Origin: the human T2T-CHM13v2.0 reference genome, Homo sapiens | Reading direction: 5' to 3' (one strand) | NCBI RefSeq assembly: GCF_009914755.1 | Contig: NC_060945.1 | Length of the DNA stretch: 64,000 bases | In this document: positions 57,451 to 64,000 of the stretch, piece after piece | How the letters are laid out: each line of letters begins with the position of its first letter | How positions within the stretch are numbered: position 1 is the stretch's first letter | Made by a program: the position numbers and the translations under genes | Notes under the pieces: model-generated | What the model was told of the DNA's origin: nothing | Databases searched by the model: none | The model's input: the letters and a program-made list of their open reading frames with translations, nothing else

Positions 57451-59231
57451 TATACCTAAATACAGCCTAAATTACCTCTACATGCTTTTGAAGAGTCCAT
57501 AACGTTGCTAGTTGTTATCTTTAATATCTTAACAACAAAATAGTGAAGATAAAAATCTCAATGAATGTTCTTCATTTCACCCTCACCTGCTTTTGCTGGG
57601 ACCTGGTTGTCCCCAGTTCCTCACTTCCATAATTTTTACATTTGTGTCAGCTATTCCTTTATTTTAAAGAGTATACTCAGGATTCATCCTTAAGAAAACA
57701 CATCATTTCCCAAGCTCACATCTTCTGGTAAAGATACAGATCTACCTCTCATTTTCCCTTTTAGACTCTGCAGGTCTCTACAGTCATGGCTTTAAGGATT
57801 ATCAAAGCCTCCTAATAATCACATCCTATATTCTAAACACTGATATTCCTCTAATGTCCTGTGCCATTAATCACATTATACAGCCCCTTCCATTTTATCC
57901 TCAGAACAGGGTTTCAGATAACCTAGATTCTCCTTTCTGACTCTTGTACTATCTAATCATAAGTCTCAGGACATATCAGTTAGTGATTTTTGTCTTCAAT
58001 TTTCTCAGTAGTGAATTGAAGGATAGGTTTCATTTCTCATTCTTCTTGGGCAACAGAGTTACATAATGGGAAAATTACTGACACTGGAGCCACTCTGAAG
58101 TGGGTACAAATTCTTTCAGACAATTTATTACTATGTGAACATGATGAATTTACAGAATCACTCAGAAGCTGAGATTTCTCACTTATGGTAAAAGAATATC
58201 AATTCTTCAGATTTTGCAGCATACACTTTCTACTGTTGTGCTATGAGGCAAAAATAAAAGACCAGAAAGTTTTATAATGTTAATCTTAATCTCTTAGATA
58301 AGCATCATCTAACCGTAACTGTGCATTAGGCCTTTATTTTCAGCTGAGTGCTTGATCACCCAGGATGTCCAGTGTAGTAAACATACCAGAGTTTATCTAT
58401 ATCCGTTTGTCCTTTTCTCCAGGCACGAAAAAGTTATACATGCTGCCCTCCTTGTGTAGGAAAGGGTCATGTGGCTAATTTGAACAAGCAATTGTAAATG
58501 CAAGCAGCATACATTACTCACAGTTTGAAGAACTAAACTGCCAGTATGAGAATCTCCAGCATTTTGTGTGGGTGTGTGCTGTCCAGAAAAGGCAGCACCA
58601 GATGACACATGGTTATGGCAAGGTGCAGCCTTTCTAATTTGATTCCTAAGTTGTCCTGTCGAACACAATTGCTTGGAGAAAGGCTCAACTTTCTGTGAAC
58701 TTTCTATGAGAAACAGAGAGAGAGAAATCCTTGTATTAAGGCAAGATTGAAACTCACACACACACACAAAAATTCTAAGATATTCATTTTATTCAGTCAG
58801 CAGGATGCTACCCCATTATTAGATAGCAGATTTTGGAGAATCTCAGTACCAAACACCTATTGAAATGTAATTTGAAAAATGTCTTAAAACTACAGAAACA
58901 ATAATATTTCAAAAATAAAATGATTGTATTTCTTGAGCGAATGTTATTGTTTGCCATTATTCTCTCAGGCATCACATTCAGATAAAGACACAAACATTTC
59001 CATTCCTTAGCCAACTTCCCACTATGATCCCAGGACCTCCTCCCTCCAAGACCTTTCTAAGTGTGCTGTCTTCTTCTCTCTCTCAGGTACAAAATGGTAT
59101 TTTTAAGTAAACAACACTGAGTTTTTAATTACTTAATTCTACTTTGTGTACTCAAAGAGTTAATAAAAATTGCTTGAATTTTTATTTTAGTGGAAGTGTA
59201 AGCAACAAATAGCCAATTTGGATTTTCACAC

Positions 59232-59493
59232 AGTCAAAACTCTGTCTTCTGCTTCTACCTATATTTTGTTATAACAATTTTTGTATTTCACAGACATGTA
59301 AATAAAACTGCAAATTTCAATCAATTTACCTTTCTGAAAATAGTGACTTCTATTTATATGTGTGTATATGTATGCATAAGTATATCTAATACATACATTA
59401 TTAGATATTTTAATATACATTATCTCATTTGAGAGCAAATGTATTTTTATGGTGGCAAATGATTCTAAGATGACATTTAACCCATACATTCAA
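59232..59493 (+). repeat. Diverged local duplication, copy A (partner 60431-60678)
   Basis: Shared gcaaattt.aatcaattt, ctgaaaatagtga, atacattatctca.ttgagagcaaatgtattt, tggcaaatgattctaa.atgacatttaacccata. Confidence 0.92.
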
Positions 59494-60430
59494 ATACAGC
59501 TGTGCTTAATTTTATAATCAAACAGGTTTTGTAATATAGAAGATGATTTTTTAGAAATCCCTAAAGAAATTGATAGACATTTGTATTTCCTGTTTTCTTT
59601 GAAGGAGAGATTTACACAACATTTTTAAAAGCTCCAGTGCTTATAAATATCCCCTGTAAAACAAATTATAGTTTAAATCCATTATGGTTTCTATGTAAAA
59701 GGAACTCAGTTTGGTTAAAAACATAAAATTTTCTTCACTTATGTAAATTCTGAATTTTATATTTTATTAACATAATTAAGCTTTGGGGGTGACAGTATCC
59801 TTTAACGGAATTCAGCATATAATATATTGCTCTTTATTTTCAGAAAAGAATTAAGTAGGAAATTATGATGAATACATGAATTATAGACAACAGCCCAGTT
59901 TAAAGTGATTTTACACTCAGAGATCTGAACCATTCTAATTCTAAGGTGGAAGAAAGACCAAACATAAAAGATTTTCACATTCCTTTTAAAAAACCTCCAC
60001 TGTAGACCATTGTATGTAATGATTCTTCAGCCAAAGGCAATTTTCTTCTCAAGGTACAAAGTCTAATTAGGTATTAAGTCATAATCATGTGTTTTCAGGG
60101 TTTAGTTTCATAAATTAAGTCTTTTCTAGACTCCAAACTGGGCAGGAGGAAATAAGTTCATGCAGGAGAAAGAAGGAAAGGAGAGAAAAATAAATGTATA
60201 TGCAGGATGCAATTATTTCTCTTTACAATATGGACATTCATTACTAACAGAATTAAAATAGTGCACTTGGATATTCTGGGGAGCCCAATATGATGGTCAT
60301 TGCCAACTTCCTCAGGAATTACTAATCAATAGTTTTCAGGTGGTATCCTTTGGAATGTAACAAACTCACCTGATGTTATTACTTTTGTGTAATTTCCCTG
60401 CCAATGATATTTCTTTTCTGGAGTGTCTGA

Positions 60431-60678
60431 AGTAAAAATTCTGTTCAGCTCCTACTTATAGTTTGCTCTAATAATTTTTATACTCCATAGACAGGTCAAT
60501 GGAACCGCAAATTTAAATCAATTTGTCTCTCTGAAAATAGTGATTTATATTTATTCATATATATGTATATGAGCATGTCTAGTGCATACTCATATACATT
60601 ATCTCAGTTGAGAGCAAATGTATTTGTATTTGCTGCTGGCAAATGATTCTAAAATGACATTTAACCCATATACTCAAA
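60431..60678 (+). repeat. Diverged local duplication, copy B (partner 59232-59493)
   Basis: Same collinear blocks as copy A. Confidence 0.92.
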
Positions 60679-62134
60679 AATGGTTTTGCACAAGTTTGTC
60701 ACCAAGTAGTAATCATAGTACAGAAGATGGTGGAATTCTCAACAAGAAGAAAGCTAACGCTGTCAGGCAATGTGTTGGCAGAATTGGTGAAAATCTATCA
60801 TTAAATTAAATATCATTGACTTTATATCGAGAAATGTTGCCATGCACATCCTTAACTCATTAAACAATGCAGTGTTGGAAAGAAGAGAAAATAATATATC
60901 CCTTTCCTATTGTCACCCTCATTACAGAGAAAAACTTAGAGATGTTATTTATCAGAAAAATAAGCAATTATTTTCTATGATGAAATTGGCTGTTTTTGAA
61001 ATCATTCTGTAAGTGAAATGTGAAGAGAGGGTCTCATACAATTCTTTGGAATAATGTTATATGGAGAGCTATATATTTTTAAATATATCATTGTGTCAAA
61101 AGATTAGCATGGAGTATTGAAACTATTGTGATCTCACATGATTATCATAGGAATATAATGAAAAAAATAGTGAAGACCTGGGAGAATTGACCAGCAACTA
61201 AGGAGGAAAACAGCAGAGCAAATAGAAGCGTATATACCCATAATACAATTTTAATAATTGCAAATGTATTTTTTAAATAAGAAATTAAAAAAACACATCA
61301 GGACAATGAAGGTCTTGTAGAAGTCTGACAAAAATAACTTTCTAAAATACATGCTAAGAGAAACAAAAAATAATTTAAGAAAACCTCTTGCTAGGCATAA
61401 TAGTATTTATCTTCTGAGAAACAGAAAGTCATAAAAACAGCATAAAATAAAATAGAAACAATAATGAAAAAAGTTAAATGAAATAAAAATAATGACCAAT
61501 GTTTTAGAAAAGACAAAATTGAGAATGATAAACTTCTTATGAAACTACTATGCTAAAGTAAACAAATCTATGATTAGAGACAAATCTATGACCTAATGTC
61601 ATCAAACATTAAAGGATATAGACTTTGGTAACTTGCCTGTTGGATACCATGAACACTGCTGAAATAAAAACACATTTAGAATGCCAGATGAACTGTTACA
61701 TAGGTAATTGTTAATTCATAGTTGACTTTAGATATGTACAAGGTAATATCACTAACAATAATTTCAGAATATTACATAATATTGAAAATGAGAAACAACC
61801 TAATTTGTACATTAACACAAGAGAATAGAAACTAAAATGGAGTATGCCTAAAGACTGGAGTAGTATGAGTATATAAATAAAAAATTAAATTAAATACATA
61901 AATATATATAAATATAACACACGCTTATATGCACAACGCTATATAAATTTATTATAGTTATAAGAGTATAAATAGTATTATATACTGTTTAGCAATACTA
62001 AGTAAGTAAAAAGGCAAACGGATGTATAATTGTGATTAATTTGGGGAAATAATGAGAGAAAGGGAAAGCGATTGAGAGGTGTGGATAAAAATGTCACGTG
62101 CAATGTTCCATTTCTCAACCTTTTTAAATATTAA

Positions 62135-62444
<310 letters not shown>

Positions 62445-62645
62445 AAATATTAAATACTTATAATGATAAAAGTTTATTTCTGGATTCTCTATTCTGTTCC
62501 ATTGGTCTATGTGCCTATTTTTATACCAGTGCCACACTGAAACTGAAATGAAAAAATAAAAAAAGGTAAGTGGCTAAGAGAAATCTGTAACAGAGAAAAC
62601 TAACAAAATTGATGTTTGACATCTTTGAAAATATGAAAAAATTAG

Positions 62646-63025
62646 TGATATGGTTACGCTTTGTGTACCTGCCCAAACCTCATCTTGAATTGCAATCCCC
62701 ATAATCCCCCTGTATCAAGAGAGAGACCAGGTGGAGGTAATTGGCTCACAGGGATGGCTTCCTCCATGCTGTTCTCAGGATGGTGAGTGAGTTCTCACAA
62801 GATCTGATGGTTTTATGAGGGGTTCTTCCCACCTTCACTGGGCACTTCTCCTTCCTGCTGGCCTGTGAAGAAGATGCCTTGCTTCCCCTTTGCCTTCCAC
62901 CATGATTGTAAGTTTCCTGAAGCCTCCCCAGCCATGCTGAGCTGTGAGTCAATTAAAACTCTTTCCTTTATAGATTACCCGGTCGCAGGCAGTTCTTTAT
63001 AGAAGTATTAAAATGGACTAATAAA
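62646..63025 (+). mobile_element. THE1D-like solo LTR
   Basis: tgatatggttacgctttgtgt..cataatcccc..gagagaccaggtggaggtaattg..ggactaata; TSD attag/attat. Confidence 0.9.
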
Positions 63026-63625
63026 ATTATCAACTTATTTTTATTTACATATTTACAATTCTACTATTATTTAAAAGCACTGTGTGAACAGAAGCTTTCT
63101 CAGCCAACAAAAATAGAAACTAATGCACTGCTAATTTTACAGATTCATATAAATGAATCTGAGTGTCACAAAAGTCATTTTGAAACAAATCTATAAGATT
63201 ATTGATGCCCAGGTATAGGAATTTCCTTCCTTAAGTTTTGGCAAGGAAAAATTTCTTACTGAGTTCAATGTTTTGTTTCTTTGTCTTGTCAGCTAAGCCA
63301 TGAGCCCTAAATGTTTTTGTGCTTTACTTCCAACAATACATAGTTATGCAAGCTACAACATGAATATTCTGTTTATGTGTAGAAATGAGAAGATAAAATA
63401 AATATTTTGTTTAAAGAAAATTTCTGCTGAAATTACATAAGCCTGAGACGTATGTCTTTCTTTCAGCACCATAGTACTCTAGCTTAAATGGTAAAAACAA
63501 TTTCTGTACCACGGAACCTGTGATTTCCTTAAAGAAGTTGTATAACAAAATAGGAGATTTTGCATTTAATTCTAGTTTGTATTAATCTTAATGAAAACAG
63601 AGCAACCGCTTTGCTGCATGGTAAA

Positions 63626-63880
63626 TTTGGGGAAGCCGAAGCAAGGAGATTGCGTGAGCCCAGGATCGTTGCCATCAGCCTGAGTAACATGGTGAAAACC
63701 CATCTCTACTGAAAACACAATTAGCCAGGCCAAGTGGCGTGGGCTTGTAGTCCCAGCTCTTCTGGAGACTGAGGTGGAGGGATCAGTGGGAGGTAGAGGT
63801 TGCAGTAAGCTGAGATTGTGGCACTGCCCTCCAGCCTAGGCAACAGAGAGATCTTGTCACAATAATAATAATAAATAAAT
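63626..63880 (+). mobile_element. Old Alu (AluJ-like), 5' truncated with internal deletion
   Basis: tttggggaagccgaagcaaggagattgcgtgagcccagga..gaggtggagggatca..ccagcctaggcaacagag plus (AAT)n tail. Confidence 0.85.
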
Positions 63881-64000
63881 ACTAATTAAAAGATGAAAAT
63901 ATAGGAAAGAAAAATCCTTACCTGCAAAGGTAGATATATTGTCAAATTGGTAATATTCTAATACTGTAATAGGGGTATGTAAATCACATATCTCTATTAT

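Noticed and set aside
57225-57480. Direct repeats as a CRISPR-like array
   Set aside because: Only two long copies, no unique spacers, eukaryotic context.

Overview
This is AT-rich, gene-poor primate DNA. It is almost certainly human, because it carries an AluYa5 with all five diagnostic substitutions. I find no supportable cellular protein-coding gene, RNA gene, CpG island or CRISPR array. The long ORFs in the track come from an alternating purine-pyrimidine microsatellite, Alu/L1 sequence and MaLR internal sequence. The window is a mosaic of interspersed repeats: 14 Alus, old L1M pieces, a short L1PA2-type 3' end, two near full-length MaLR proviruses (THE1, MST), solo MaLR LTRs, an ERV1 solo LTR, MER1B/MER3/Tigger4 DNA transposons, and an ancient ERVL gag-pro-pol relic that is absent from the ORF track. 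I do not see a new biological system. The most unusual real signal is a series of local templated copies: an Alu copied 1.9 kb away with a fold-back junction, a 25-bp exact ectopic copy, a 23-bp inverted copy, jumbled micro-repeats at junctions, and several 100-290 bp duplications. Subfamily names and percent identities are by-eye estimates from remembered consensus sequences and need RepeatMasker/Dfam confirmation.
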